NCBI GenBank assembly: GCA_046881825.1
Contig: JBKSMS010000010.1
Location: 86,348-150,347, forward strand
Source: Alphaproteobacteria bacterium
GTDB lineage: Bacteria > Pseudomonadota > Alphaproteobacteria > Rs-D84
Direction of reading: 5' to 3'
DNA length: 64,000 bases
Shown: positions 29,112-38,048 of the stretch, piece after piece
How positions within the stretch are numbered: position 1 is the first letter of the stretch
Layout: every line of letters starts with the position of its first letter
The notes under the pieces: model-generated
Seen by the model: only the letters and a program-made list of their open reading frames with translations
Database searches by the model: none
Told to the model about the DNA's origin: nothing
Translations under genes and position numbers: made by a program

Positions 29112-29939
29112 ATGTTGAAAAAAATATTCGCAATTTTGCTGAGTGTTTTAGCAATTTTTTGTGTTTGTAAAATGATTTTGCCAAAAAATATGGTTGATAC
29201 AAAGGAGTTGCAAATGAATTTTAAACCAAATTTTAATTTGTTGGGAAGTATCAAAGATATGGATAAAGAACAACCTTATGTTGCTATATATCGGCGTGGG
29301 AATAAAACATTGGTTTATATGGCTGATTTTCATGGTGAAAAAAAATCTTGGGATATGGTTGATTGGTGTTTTTCTGAAAACTTTAAAATTAAACCAGATG
29401 TTTTAATAACTGAATTTGAACATACTGGGCGTCGGTTAACGAACTCCCCAACAAACACTTTGATGCATGCGGCATTTGTTGCGAAACGGCATAATATACC
29501 TGTTATTTTATCCGATTTGTCTGATGATGAAAAATTAGATGTATTGGGTGAGGGCACAGATGTGGAATATTTACATCGTGTTTTACATGCAAGTCCAAAG
29601 TTTGATGGTAATGATTTAGAAAAAGCAGGTGCGAAACTTAACAGGTATGGTCGTAATCCGTTTATGTTGCAAAATATTGCAACCGCGTTAAATAAATATG
29701 ACACTGTGTTTGTTATCTTTGGTGAAGGGCACTTGCGGGAACAATATGATGCGTTAAAAGATATGTTCGGTGCCTTGCCAGAATACATTACTGAATTTCC
29801 AGAAAATACAAAAACTGAATACGGCAAAGATAAAAAAGATATTTTTAATAATGGGACATCCAAAGTGATGGATAAAATGCAAGTAATCAAATTGGTTGAT
29901 TTTAACGAAATGAAAGGAAAGGGAAATGGTGAAAAATAA
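29112..29939 (+). CDS. Hypothetical exported/anchored protein, weak TraB/GumN-family resemblance
   Basis: N-terminal hydrophobic segment KKIFAILLSVLAIFCVC. TLVYMADFHG and RNPFMLQNIATALNKYDTVFVIFGEGHL resemble the two conserved blocks of TraB/GumN proteins (from memory). Start taken at ATG 29112 with GAGAG upstream. Confidence 0.4.
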   Translation: MLKKIFAILLSVLAIFCVCKMILPKNMVDTKELQMNFKPNFNLLGSIKDMDKEQPYVAIYRRGNKTLVYMADFHGEKKSWDMVDWCFSENFKIKPDVLITEFEHTGRRLTNSPTNTLMHAAFVAKRHNIPVILSDLSDDEKLDVLGEGTDVEYLHRVLHASPKFDGNDLEKAGAKLNRYGRNPFMLQNIATALNKYDTVFVIFGEGHLREQYDALKDMFGALPEYITEFPENTKTEYGKDKKDIFNNGTSKVMDKMQVIKLVDFNEMKGKGNGEK

Positions 29940-30699
29940 AAAAGTTGTTAAGCAAAAATTGCGTGCTGTAAAAAAAGATAAACATGCTTATGGGTTATTA
30001 AAAGTCTTACAGGCAACTGGTTTGTTTCGTTGGGAAAGACCTTCAACCAAGGCGGAAGAGGTTATTAATATTTTAACGCATGGTATTGGTATTGGACTGG
30101 CGCTGGCTGGGTTGTGTTTGTTGGTTGCGTTTGCTGTGGCTTATCATAATGTTTGGGCAACTGTATCTTGTGCTATATTTGGTGTAACCATGTTCACGCT
30201 TTATTTTGGTTCAACCATGTGTCATGCAACTATTGGTGATAGATGTGAATGCTTTTTCGAAGTTTGGGATTCAATCGCAATCTATGCTTTGATTGCCGGA
30301 ACTTATACCCCGTTTTTGTTGGTTAATTTGAATCGGTGTGGACATACTGCATTGGGTTGGACTATGTTTGGGATATTGTGGTCGATTGTGATATTTGGCG
30401 CAGTAATGAAAATACACAGCCCGCACAAGCAACCAAAATGGTTGGTGGCGCTTTATCTGATAATGGGTTGGGCTTTGCTTTTGATTTTGCCAGCAATGAT
30501 AGAAACAATATCTGCGCGCGGTATGTGGTTTGTTTTGGCTGGTGGGCTTTCTTATTCAATCGGTGTGATATTTTATTTGTGGCGCAGATTAAAATTCGCC
30601 CATGCTTTGTGGCATTTGTTTGTTATCGGTGGGTCGGTGTGTTTCTTTTTCGCCGTTCTATTTGGTTCAATTATCGATTTTGCAAAAAGTTATGTATAA
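29926..30699 (+). CDS. Hemolysin III / PAQR family membrane protein
   Basis: Seven TM segments with NILTHGIG, DSIAIYALIAGTYTPF and HALWHLFVIGGSVCFF. Confidence 0.8.
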   Translation: MVKNKKVVKQKLRAVKKDKHAYGLLKVLQATGLFRWERPSTKAEEVINILTHGIGIGLALAGLCLLVAFAVAYHNVWATVSCAIFGVTMFTLYFGSTMCHATIGDRCECFFEVWDSIAIYALIAGTYTPFLLVNLNRCGHTALGWTMFGILWSIVIFGAVMKIHSPHKQPKWLVALYLIMGWALLLILPAMIETISARGMWFVLAGGLSYSIGVIFYLWRRLKFAHALWHLFVIGGSVCFFFAVLFGSIIDFAKSYV

Positions 30700-30700
30700 C

Positions 30701-30728
30701 AAGAAAACCGCCGTATAGGCGGTTTTTT
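30701..30728. terminator. Bidirectional intrinsic terminator between hlyIII-family gene (+) and der (-)
   Basis: aaaaccgcc-gtata-ggcggtttt (30704-30726) flanked by A and T runs. Confidence 0.8.
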
Positions 30729-32052
30729 AATCAAATGGATTTTCGTCTTTTTTGTATTCAATTACTATTGGTAAGTGTTCCAAATGTAATGCCGTTGCAA
30801 TTCCACGGCGCAGGTATCGTGTATAAGATTCTGGAATATCACTTGCCCCACCAACATTGATTGTAATTTTAAATGGATGATGCCCCGTTTGTCGCGCAAA
30901 TTTGATTTTCATTGGTCTTTTAAGACGCGACATAGGTGGTTGACGGTCATTCACTAATTTTTCAACGATTCGATTTAATAAGCTTGTCGGGGTGTCCGTA
31001 TTAGAAATATCCCATTGTTCATAAATGCGTTTGAACAGGTTTTGAACACCTGTGCCTTTTTCAGCAGATATTGCCAAAATAAGTGGTTTTATAATTTGAT
31101 GAAAAGAATTACTAAATTGATGTTTTAATTTTAATAATTTTTCATCCCGCTCTATCGGGTCCACCAAATCCCATTTATTTAATGCGACACATAAAATCTT
31201 ACCCGCGTTATATACACGCGCCGCAATAGATAATGCCTGGTTTTCAATATTTTTTGTTGCATCAACTATTAAAATAACAATATTAGATTTTTCAATCGCA
31301 TCTAATGATTTTAATGCAGACAATGTTTCTACATCATCAGTCACACCCGCTTTGCGGCGAAGTCCAGCCGTATCCATCAATATAATATCACGACCGTAAA
31401 AGTGCGTTGGGATTTTTACAGTGTCCCTGGTAATGCCGGGGGCATCCATAACTATTTGTCGTTGTTCACCAAGAACACGATTTACAAATGTTGATTTTCC
31501 AACATTTGGTTGACCCAAAATTGCAATTTTAATTTTACTGTCGTTTTCGGTGTATACGGCGGAATCTGCCGTATACAGCCCGTCGATAAAATCATAAATA
31601 ACATCAAATCCGCGTTTGTGTTCTGCTGATATTAAAACAGGTTCACCAAATCCCAATTTGTAAAAATCATGAACATCAGCCAATCTTTTTGCTGATTCTG
31701 ATTTGTTTATCAAAAGCAGGGCAGGTGCTTTGCTTTTTTTATGAACCAATTTTGCCCATTCTATATCCATAGGTGAAAGCCCAACGCGTCCGTCCACAAC
31801 GAATAAAATAGCATCTGCATTTTCAATAGCGTTTATAGCCATGTCGGTAGAATTATGGGCAATACCAGATTTAGCATTTTCCAGTCCCGCGGTATCAAAT
31901 ACAGTCCATGGGCGATTTGGAATGTCACCAGAAATAGTATCACGTGTGACCCCCGGTCTGTCATGAACAAGCGCATCCCGTGAATTAGTAAGCCCATTAA
32001 AAAGTGTCGATTTACCTGTATTGGGGCGACCGACTATGACCAGTTTTTTCAT
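30727..32052 (-). CDS. der: Ribosome-associated GTPase Der (EngA)
   Basis: Two tandem G domains (GRPNTGKSTLFN with DTAG; GQPNVGKSTFVN with DTAGLRR and NKWD) and a C-terminal KH-like domain. Start at ATG 32052 (MKKLVIVGRPN). ATG 32064 is an alternative, and the ORF-track start at 32181 is an artefactual extension. Confidence 0.93.
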   Translation of the reverse strand: MKKLVIVGRPNTGKSTLFNGLTNSRDALVHDRPGVTRDTISGDIPNRPWTVFDTAGLENAKSGIAHNSTDMAINAIENADAILFVVDGRVGLSPMDIEWAKLVHKKSKAPALLLINKSESAKRLADVHDFYKLGFGEPVLISAEHKRGFDVIYDFIDGLYTADSAVYTENDSKIKIAILGQPNVGKSTFVNRVLGEQRQIVMDAPGITRDTVKIPTHFYGRDIILMDTAGLRRKAGVTDDVETLSALKSLDAIEKSNIVILIVDATKNIENQALSIAARVYNAGKILCVALNKWDLVDPIERDEKLLKLKHQFSNSFHQIIKPLILAISAEKGTGVQNLFKRIYEQWDISNTDTPTSLLNRIVEKLVNDRQPPMSRLKRPMKIKFARQTGHHPFKITINVGGASDIPESYTRYLRRGIATALHLEHLPIVIEYKKDENPFD

Positions 32053-32123
32053 ATTTTTTTCCATTGATTTTTTATAATTATAAAGCAAAAATATAAATAA
32101 GCAAATATTACAGGGGGCGAAAA

Positions 32124-32774
32124 ATGAAATTAAGAAAATCTGCAAAATCTTTGAAACCAGCAAAAACACCGAAAGTACCAAAAGTTAAAAAAAGAAACTG
32201 GCTGGCAAAATTGACAGACATTTTTTTCAAACCCAAATACTTTTTTTCACGTATTGTGGCTGATGGTAAAATGGAAGATGCAATATTAAAAGCTTTCCTG
32301 TGGGGATTGGTCGGCGGAATAGTTGTTTTGATTTTGAATCTGGTGCGTGGCGATGCGTTTACTATATTTTCGCTGTTTAAGGCTTTGATAGTTTATCCTG
32401 TTTTGGCAGTTATAATTTTGTTTATTTGTGCAGGATTGATGATGTTGGTATCCGAAGTGACCGGTGGCGACAGAGACTGGGAAATCGCGGTCAAGGGTAT
32501 TGCGTCTATGTTCTTTATTTATCCGTTGGCGCTGATTTTGAACAGTTTGGCTTTTGATTGCACATCTATGTGGTTGATAAGTGTTGTTGTCGATTTATAT
32601 ATGCTGTTTTTGCTTTATAATGTCGCGGTGTATTGCTTGCATGGGAAAAAGGTTAGTGTTCTGTTTGTTTTAATGGTGTGTGCAATATTTCTGGCATGTC
32701 TTTATATGTCAGATTATAGGAATGTTTGGTTTATGGTAAAAAATATCCCAGCAACCATGACTTGTTTGATGTAG
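32124..32774 (+). CDS. Hypothetical multi-pass membrane protein (Yip1-like architecture)
   Basis: Lys-rich N-terminus followed by five hydrophobic segments. The family assignment is tentative. Confidence 0.4.
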   Translation: MKLRKSAKSLKPAKTPKVPKVKKRNWLAKLTDIFFKPKYFFSRIVADGKMEDAILKAFLWGLVGGIVVLILNLVRGDAFTIFSLFKALIVYPVLAVIILFICAGLMMLVSEVTGGDRDWEIAVKGIASMFFIYPLALILNSLAFDCTSMWLISVVVDLYMLFLLYNVAVYCLHGKKVSVLFVLMVCAIFLACLYMSDYRNVWFMVKNIPATMTCLM

Positions 32775-32784
32775 AAAAATATTT

Positions 32785-33822
32785 TTAAAACCCGGTTTTT
32801 ATGCCGACTGCGAAAAATGGTTTTGTTGCGGTATAGCCCAATGACATAAATACGCCGGTGTGTTCTGTATATTTATACCGAAATGAAGCCAAAACGGTAT
32901 GTATATAATCACCAGTCAATCTTTCATGTGTTATTTTATCGCGATGATTCCAAACATTTGTGTCTGAAAAAAGATAAGTCAAAGAAAAACTGCTTTGTAA
33001 TAAATCATAACTGATGCCAGTTCCCGCAATAAAACCGTCTGCTGTTTTATAAATTGGGTCGCTGTCATATATTATGCGGGCGGATGTTCCCCATATAATG
33101 CTGTTGTATTGCAGGTTTATTCCAGCAGCCAATTGTCCACGCCAATCAGCCGTCACGCGTGGTGAAAAAGAATTTTCTTCGTAATTTTTAGGGTTGTCTA
33201 TATAAGCCACTGCAACATAATATGCGGACTTTAATTTACCGTGTGGTTGTTTTATTTTAAACGCACCGTCAATAGCGTAATCATAATCATCGCCCCCCGC
33301 AGATACGGAAAGTCCATATTGACCATATTCTGTTGCCGATGTCACCAAATTTAATCGCAAAGCTTCGTGGCCCGTTGTTGCGGTTGTGTCAGAAATCAAA
33401 ACGCGTTTTAAATCGAGTTTTTTATGTAATATAGATTTATTGTTTATACGCAAATACCCAACATCAGGTAATCCCAATCCCATTTTACGTGCAATAGAAT
33501 GTGTTAAACCAAATTCTGCGCGACCATAATCACGGTCTTCAAATAAAACAAAAGCATCATGAATATATTCTTTGTCATCCACGCAATCTGCATCAATAGA
33601 ATAAAATGCACCGAATCGCTGGGTAGTGTTTAAACGGTAAAAAATCTGAGCCTTTACATCCCAATCATCGAAAATAGGTTTATCAGTTTTGGGTTCTAAA
33701 AATCCAACAACGCCATCTGCATCCAGACGGAAATTCCAATTGCCGTTTTTGTGGTCCCACGCGACTGCGTTGGTTGTTATCGTTGCACAACATATAAATA
33801 AAGATAATGTTTTGATATTCAA
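32785..33822 (-). CDS. Putative porin / outer-membrane beta-barrel protein
   Basis: Signal peptide (M)NIKTLSLFICCATITTNAVA and C-terminal ..FAVGIKTGF. TTG start 1 nt after the rpoH stop, with AAGGAAG SD inside the rpoH 3' end. Confidence 0.5.
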   Translation of the reverse strand: MNIKTLSLFICCATITTNAVAWDHKNGNWNFRLDADGVVGFLEPKTDKPIFDDWDVKAQIFYRLNTTQRFGAFYSIDADCVDDKEYIHDAFVLFEDRDYGRAEFGLTHSIARKMGLGLPDVGYLRINNKSILHKKLDLKRVLISDTTATTGHEALRLNLVTSATEYGQYGLSVSAGGDDYDYAIDGAFKIKQPHGKLKSAYYVAVAYIDNPKNYEENSFSPRVTADWRGQLAAGINLQYNSIIWGTSARIIYDSDPIYKTADGFIAGTGISYDLLQSSFSLTYLFSDTNVWNHRDKITHERLTGDYIHTVLASFRYKYTEHTGVFMSLGYTATKPFFAVGIKTGF

Positions 33823-33823
33823 T

Positions 33824-34756
33824 TTATTCTTCCTTGGATTCCAGTTTAGGTGTCTCTGATTCTAATAATATCGCATTTTTTAATTTATTAAAAGCGCGTT
33901 CTTCGATTTGGCGCACGCGTTCACGCGATATGTTGTATTTTTTCGACAGTGTTTCCAAAGTCACCGCCGGGTCAGATAATCTGCGCGCCTTTAATATTTC
34001 ACGATCGCGTTCTGGCAATTCAGATAAATGTTTGCGTAATAATTCATATCCACGACGTTTAAATTCCAGTTGTTCCATGCCTTCTTCAATATTTACCTTG
34101 CTGTCCGCCATGTTGGATAAAATATCTTTGGAATCAGAATCAGTATTTAATGGTGCGTTTAATGACACATCGCGCGCAGACATTCGTATTGCCATGCGTG
34201 ATACATCACTTTCTGGAACATCTAAATATTCAGCAATTTGTTTTGTTTGTTCATCGCTTAGATTGTTATCCATTATACCCAACGCACGTTTTGCCCGGGT
34301 AAGGTTAAAGAATACGCGCTTTTGATTCGCGGAAGAGCCCAATTTCACAATAGACCAATTATTCAAAATTGTTTCGTAAATTTCTGCCTTGATCCAAAAC
34401 ATAGCATATGTAGAAAATCTAAAACCGCGTTCTGGGTCGAATTTTTGTAATGCCTGCATCAGACCCATATTACCACTGGCAATTAAATCAGACACCGGCA
34501 GACCATAATTTTTAAAATCGTATGCCACAGATACAACCAAGCGCAGGTGCGATGCCACCAATTTTTCAGCAGCGACATTATCGCGTTCTTTTGCCCAGCG
34601 AGATGCATATTCGTATTCTTGTTCAGCCGTTAAAATAGGGAACTTTTGAATTTCGTTGATATATTTAGCCAAACTAACATCGTCCCCAGCACCATAAACC
34701 GGAACCATGGTGTTCGTTTTTGTCGATGGTAAAGTTGTCTTGATTTCCTTTGTCAT
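33824..34756 (-). CDS. rpoH: RNA polymerase sigma-32 factor RpoH
   Basis: Region 2 YGLPVSDLIASGNMGLMQALQKFDPERGFRFSTYAMFWIKAEI, RpoH-box-like QKRVFFNLTRAK, region 4 ETLSKKYNISRERVRQIEERA. Confidence 0.93.
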   Translation of the reverse strand: MTKEIKTTLPSTKTNTMVPVYGAGDDVSLAKYINEIQKFPILTAEQEYEYASRWAKERDNVAAEKLVASHLRLVVSVAYDFKNYGLPVSDLIASGNMGLMQALQKFDPERGFRFSTYAMFWIKAEIYETILNNWSIVKLGSSANQKRVFFNLTRAKRALGIMDNNLSDEQTKQIAEYLDVPESDVSRMAIRMSARDVSLNAPLNTDSDSKDILSNMADSKVNIEEGMEQLEFKRRGYELLRKHLSELPERDREILKARRLSDPAVTLETLSKKYNISRERVRQIEERAFNKLKNAILLESETPKLESKEE

Positions 34757-34810
34757 ACATTTTATAGTATAGCAATAAAATCTAAATTATCAAGCCACAG
34801 GAGTTTTTAT

Positions 34811-35464
34811 ATGAGCAGTATTTTAGAAAGAAATAAAAAACTTAAAAAACCAGAAAAGAAAACTTATGCTGAACATGCCCAGGACGCTCTTTATCGCGAA
34901 GTATGGGAAGATGTGAATAATGAAAAAACTCAACAATTTTTGAAAAAATATTGGCGCTATATCGTTGGTGCTGCAATTGGGATAATGATTGTGGTTTGTG
35001 CAATTCAAATTGGAACGCGTATATATCATGCTTCTAAGATTGCTACTGCTCAGGTTTATGAAACTGCGATTGCTAATGTAGATGCCGGTGCGCTGGCTAA
35101 TTTGGCTCATGACAAGGGCGGGGCGACATCTGATTTGGCGCTGTTCCAATCTTATTTAATAGACAAAGATATTAAAAAATTAGAAGATTTAGCACAAAAT
35201 GGTCATACGCGCGATTTTAAAGATTTGGCAAAATTACATATGGCGACTATCAATGGTGACAAAATGGCTTTGGCTGAATTTGTTAAATATTTATCAAGCA
35301 TGGATACGAAGAAATCTCCGTTTTATTATACTTCCCGTTTAATGGTTGCACAAAAATATCTGGCAAGTGGCGAAGTTGAAACGGCTAATAAAATCTTGGA
35401 TGTCATTATAAATGACAAAGAAGCGCCAGCAAGTATTTCTGCAACGGCACAAACTTTGAAATAG
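34811..35464 (+). CDS. YfgM-like / DUF2659-like single-pass membrane protein with TPR-like periplasmic domain
   Basis: N-terminal charged region, one TM (YIVGAAIGIMIVVCAI), then a helical domain. Its position immediately upstream of a BamB-like gene mirrors the conserved yfgM-bamB arrangement. Confidence 0.5.
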   Translation: MSSILERNKKLKKPEKKTYAEHAQDALYREVWEDVNNEKTQQFLKKYWRYIVGAAIGIMIVVCAIQIGTRIYHASKIATAQVYETAIANVDAGALANLAHDKGGATSDLALFQSYLIDKDIKKLEDLAQNGHTRDFKDLAKLHMATINGDKMALAEFVKYLSSMDTKKSPFYYTSRLMVAQKYLASGEVETANKILDVIINDKEAPASISATAQTLK

Positions 35465-35474
35465 GGGGGATTCA

Positions 35475-36206
35475 TTGAAAAAAATATTTGCAATTTTTTT
35501 GTGTTTTTTGGCAGTTTCTTCGTGTTCAAAGCATGATCCGATTTTGCCAGGTGAAAGACACGATATTTTTGACACGACTGATGTAAAGGTTGTAAATAAA
35601 GAAGTACCGAATTTATCAGAACAAGAAAAAGATATTTTTGGTAATAAAGATTGCGAATACAGACAAGATTCTTTGAATAATATTTGGCATGGTGAAAAGA
35701 AAATTTATGATGGTTTTGCCACTGACAGTGTTGTCAAAGGTAATCAATCACCAACTTGTATGGGACAATTTATCTATGCTGGTTTATCAACTGGCGAAGT
35801 TGTAAAGATAAACACAAAAAATAAAAATGTTGTGTGGGTTGCTGATGTTTATCGTGGAAATAATTTAACCGGGGGGGCTGCGGTAGTTGATGTCGTTGCG
35901 CATGTCGGGGTTGATAAAAATTATGTCTTGGCTGGCGGATTGGGTGATGCTTTTTGTAAATTGAATGCAAATAGTGGTAATAAAATTTGGTGCGTAAATA
36001 TATCTGTGCCGGTTGATTTTATTATGGTCGATAATTTTGCTTTTGTTGTTGGCACAGACAACAATTTATACGCGGTAAATACAGATAATGGTTCTGTATA
36101 TTGGAAAGCCGCGGTAAAAAAACAACGCGTTCCAAAATATGATGGTAAAAATATAATCGTCGGCAAGGAAAAAATAGATTATAAAAATGGAATATTGATT
36201 CAATAA
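35475..36206 (+). CDS. BamB-like PQQ beta-propeller lipoprotein (short, 243 aa)
   Basis: TTG start with strong GGGGGGA SD. Lipobox FLAVSSC. Propeller-blade repeats such as GEVVKINTKNKNVVW, CKLNANSGNKIW and NLYAVNTDNGSVYW. Confidence 0.55.
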   Translation: MKKIFAIFLCFLAVSSCSKHDPILPGERHDIFDTTDVKVVNKEVPNLSEQEKDIFGNKDCEYRQDSLNNIWHGEKKIYDGFATDSVVKGNQSPTCMGQFIYAGLSTGEVVKINTKNKNVVWVADVYRGNNLTGGAAVVDVVAHVGVDKNYVLAGGLGDAFCKLNANSGNKIWCVNISVPVDFIMVDNFAFVVGTDNNLYAVNTDNGSVYWKAAVKKQRVPKYDGKNIIVGKEKIDYKNGILIQ

Positions 36207-36237
36207 AAACACCGCCCAAATGGGCGGTGTTTTTTTA
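36205..36237. terminator. Bidirectional intrinsic terminator between BamB-like gene (+) and LpoB-like gene (-)
   Basis: acaccgccca-aa-tgggcggtgt (36209-36230) followed by T7 and preceded by A5. The arms are identical to those of the 9498 hairpin. Confidence 0.8.
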
Positions 36238-36240
36238 TCT

Positions 36241-36849
36241 TTACCATGTTGGGGCGTGGGTGCCTTCTTTGATAATTGGTTGTTCGTCTTCCCAGACTGA
36301 TAAACCTGTCTTTAAATCTGTTAATGTTAATTGCAGATAATATTCTGTGCGAGTATCAACCGAAGAAAACCAGCCAGAATCTAATTTCAAATTTCTTTGC
36401 AACATTTTACCAGACAATGACATGTTTGGTGCAACCAATGTTCCTGTCTTTGCGATTGTTTCTTGGTCGTATTCTGCGTTTGTTCGCATGCTGCGCATTT
36501 TTTCTGTTGTTGTATCTTCGCCAGAGAAATTAGTCGCGATTTGTGCCGTGCCAGATTTCAACAATGTAGTACGAATTTTCTTGGTCAACATATCTGTATC
36601 AAATCTTTGTTGTGTGTCATTTTTAATGTTGCCAATCGCGATAACTGGGTTTTTAACTTGGCGGAAAGCACCGCTTTTTAACATTGATTGCGTCATTTTT
36701 TCTGCTGTATTAGTCCAATCGCGATATTCCAATTCCATCACATCTTGCATTGCGGCAACTTCTTTTTCATTGTCCAAGTCAACAACGCGCACACCACCAC
36801 AAGCACAAAGTGTTAATCCCAACATAATAGGTATAATTTTTTTCATCAT
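36241..36849 (-). CDS. LpoB-like (COG3417-type) lipoprotein
   Basis: Lipobox LGLTLCAC. AIGNIKNDTQQRFDTDMLTKKIRTTLLKSG and the YYLQLTLTDLKTG pattern resemble the penicillin-binding-protein activator LpoB family. Confidence 0.5.
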   Translation of the reverse strand: MMKKIIPIMLGLTLCACGGVRVVDLDNEKEVAAMQDVMELEYRDWTNTAEKMTQSMLKSGAFRQVKNPVIAIGNIKNDTQQRFDTDMLTKKIRTTLLKSGTAQIATNFSGEDTTTEKMRSMRTNAEYDQETIAKTGTLVAPNMSLSGKMLQRNLKLDSGWFSSVDTRTEYYLQLTLTDLKTGLSVWEDEQPIIKEGTHAPTW

Positions 36850-36863
36850 TTTTCTCCTTTGGT

Positions 36864-38045
36864 TTATTTTAAGTCGATTGTTTTGTTGTCTGTTATTTTA
36901 CCATCAATTATTCGTGTGTAAATTAAATTATTTTTATCATTGCTTGATTCAGACGTTCGCAATACAAAAATATATTTGGGTAATGTCGCCCATGTTCTTA
37001 CATCTGTATTAGACGAAGCAACCGTATAAATCGATGATAATATCCCCAATATTGGCGCTGAATTGCTGTGTGAATTATACATTGATGCTTGCAGGGCTGT
37101 CTTTGATGTCGCAGAAGTGAACGAACGCAAGATTTCGTTCGTTTGATATTCACGATATTCTGTCATAAACATAGCATCCACATTTGCCAACATTTCTGCG
37201 TTGTTGGGTTGTGTAAAATCGCTGTTAAGATAAGGTTGCGAAAAAGAAAAATAAACCATTCCCAATGTTGGTAAAAATAGTCCCATATTTTCTTCTCGCA
37301 ATCTGGGGGCAAAACCAGTTTCGATAAATTGCCATGTTGTGTTTTTTGGCTTTGTGTGTTTTTCAGCCATTTTTAAATCTTGTTTTATAAAATTGTTTTC
37401 TGGCACCATGCCGCTTGCGCGTTTAAGGTAAAGTGTTGCGTTATCAAAATCCCCATCATTTAAAAAATATATCCCTGATAAATACATCAATGCCGGGTTC
37501 ATAATGTCAGAAAAAGCCAGCCAATCGGCAGTATTTTTATCAATGAATTCATTTAATTCTGTATACTCAGAAATTTTGTTTTTATTTTCTTCTATCATTT
37601 TTTTGTATTCAATGGACATGTTTTTTTGACGTTCATAAGATTGATTTATCACAACGCGCGCATTAGACCAATCATGCATCGCCAATAAATCCCATATTTG
37701 ATAGTAAGACACAAATAAAGAATCCATCATATATGGCTTGTAAGAATTTACACCGCCACCCAATAATAATCCGGCTGCTTCGCGAGAAATACTGGTTGAA
37801 GTTTCGTCCAGGTTTCTTTTGTTAAATTCTTCAAAAGCCGAATCGCTTTGTTCGTATTTATCTGCATGGAAAAGGGCAATTCCGTTTATCAATAAATCAA
37901 TGTTATTTTGTTTATCAACTGGCGTTTCATTTATTTCGTATTTTGCGTTTGCAAAATTATTTTGCACATTGTCTAAATACGATTGTGTTGTAGATGCGCA
38001 TGCACCAAGAAATAATAATAAACAAAAGCAAATTATTTTACGCAT
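36864..38045 (-). CDS. Lipoprotein, COG3014-like with TPR-like segments
   Basis: Lipobox LLLFLGAC. 393 aa. Sits 3 nt downstream of virD4 and 14 nt upstream of the LpoB-like gene. COG3014-type and LpoB-type lipoprotein genes are often neighbours (from memory). Confidence 0.45.
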   Translation of the reverse strand: MRKIICFCLLLFLGACASTTQSYLDNVQNNFANAKYEINETPVDKQNNIDLLINGIALFHADKYEQSDSAFEEFNKRNLDETSTSISREAAGLLLGGGVNSYKPYMMDSLFVSYYQIWDLLAMHDWSNARVVINQSYERQKNMSIEYKKMIEENKNKISEYTELNEFIDKNTADWLAFSDIMNPALMYLSGIYFLNDGDFDNATLYLKRASGMVPENNFIKQDLKMAEKHTKPKNTTWQFIETGFAPRLREENMGLFLPTLGMVYFSFSQPYLNSDFTQPNNAEMLANVDAMFMTEYREYQTNEILRSFTSATSKTALQASMYNSHSNSAPILGILSSIYTVASSNTDVRTWATLPKYIFVLRTSESSNDKNNLIYTRIIDGKITDNKTIDLK

Positions 38046-38048
38046 TTT

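Noticed and set aside
36347-37012. 221-aa plus-strand ORF spanning the LpoB-like and COG3014-like lipoprotein genes (and the similar 29330-29890 and 30336-30860 ORFs elsewhere)
   Set aside because: All lie antisense or out of frame to ORFs with lipoboxes, signal peptides or family motifs. None has a recognisable motif or RBS.
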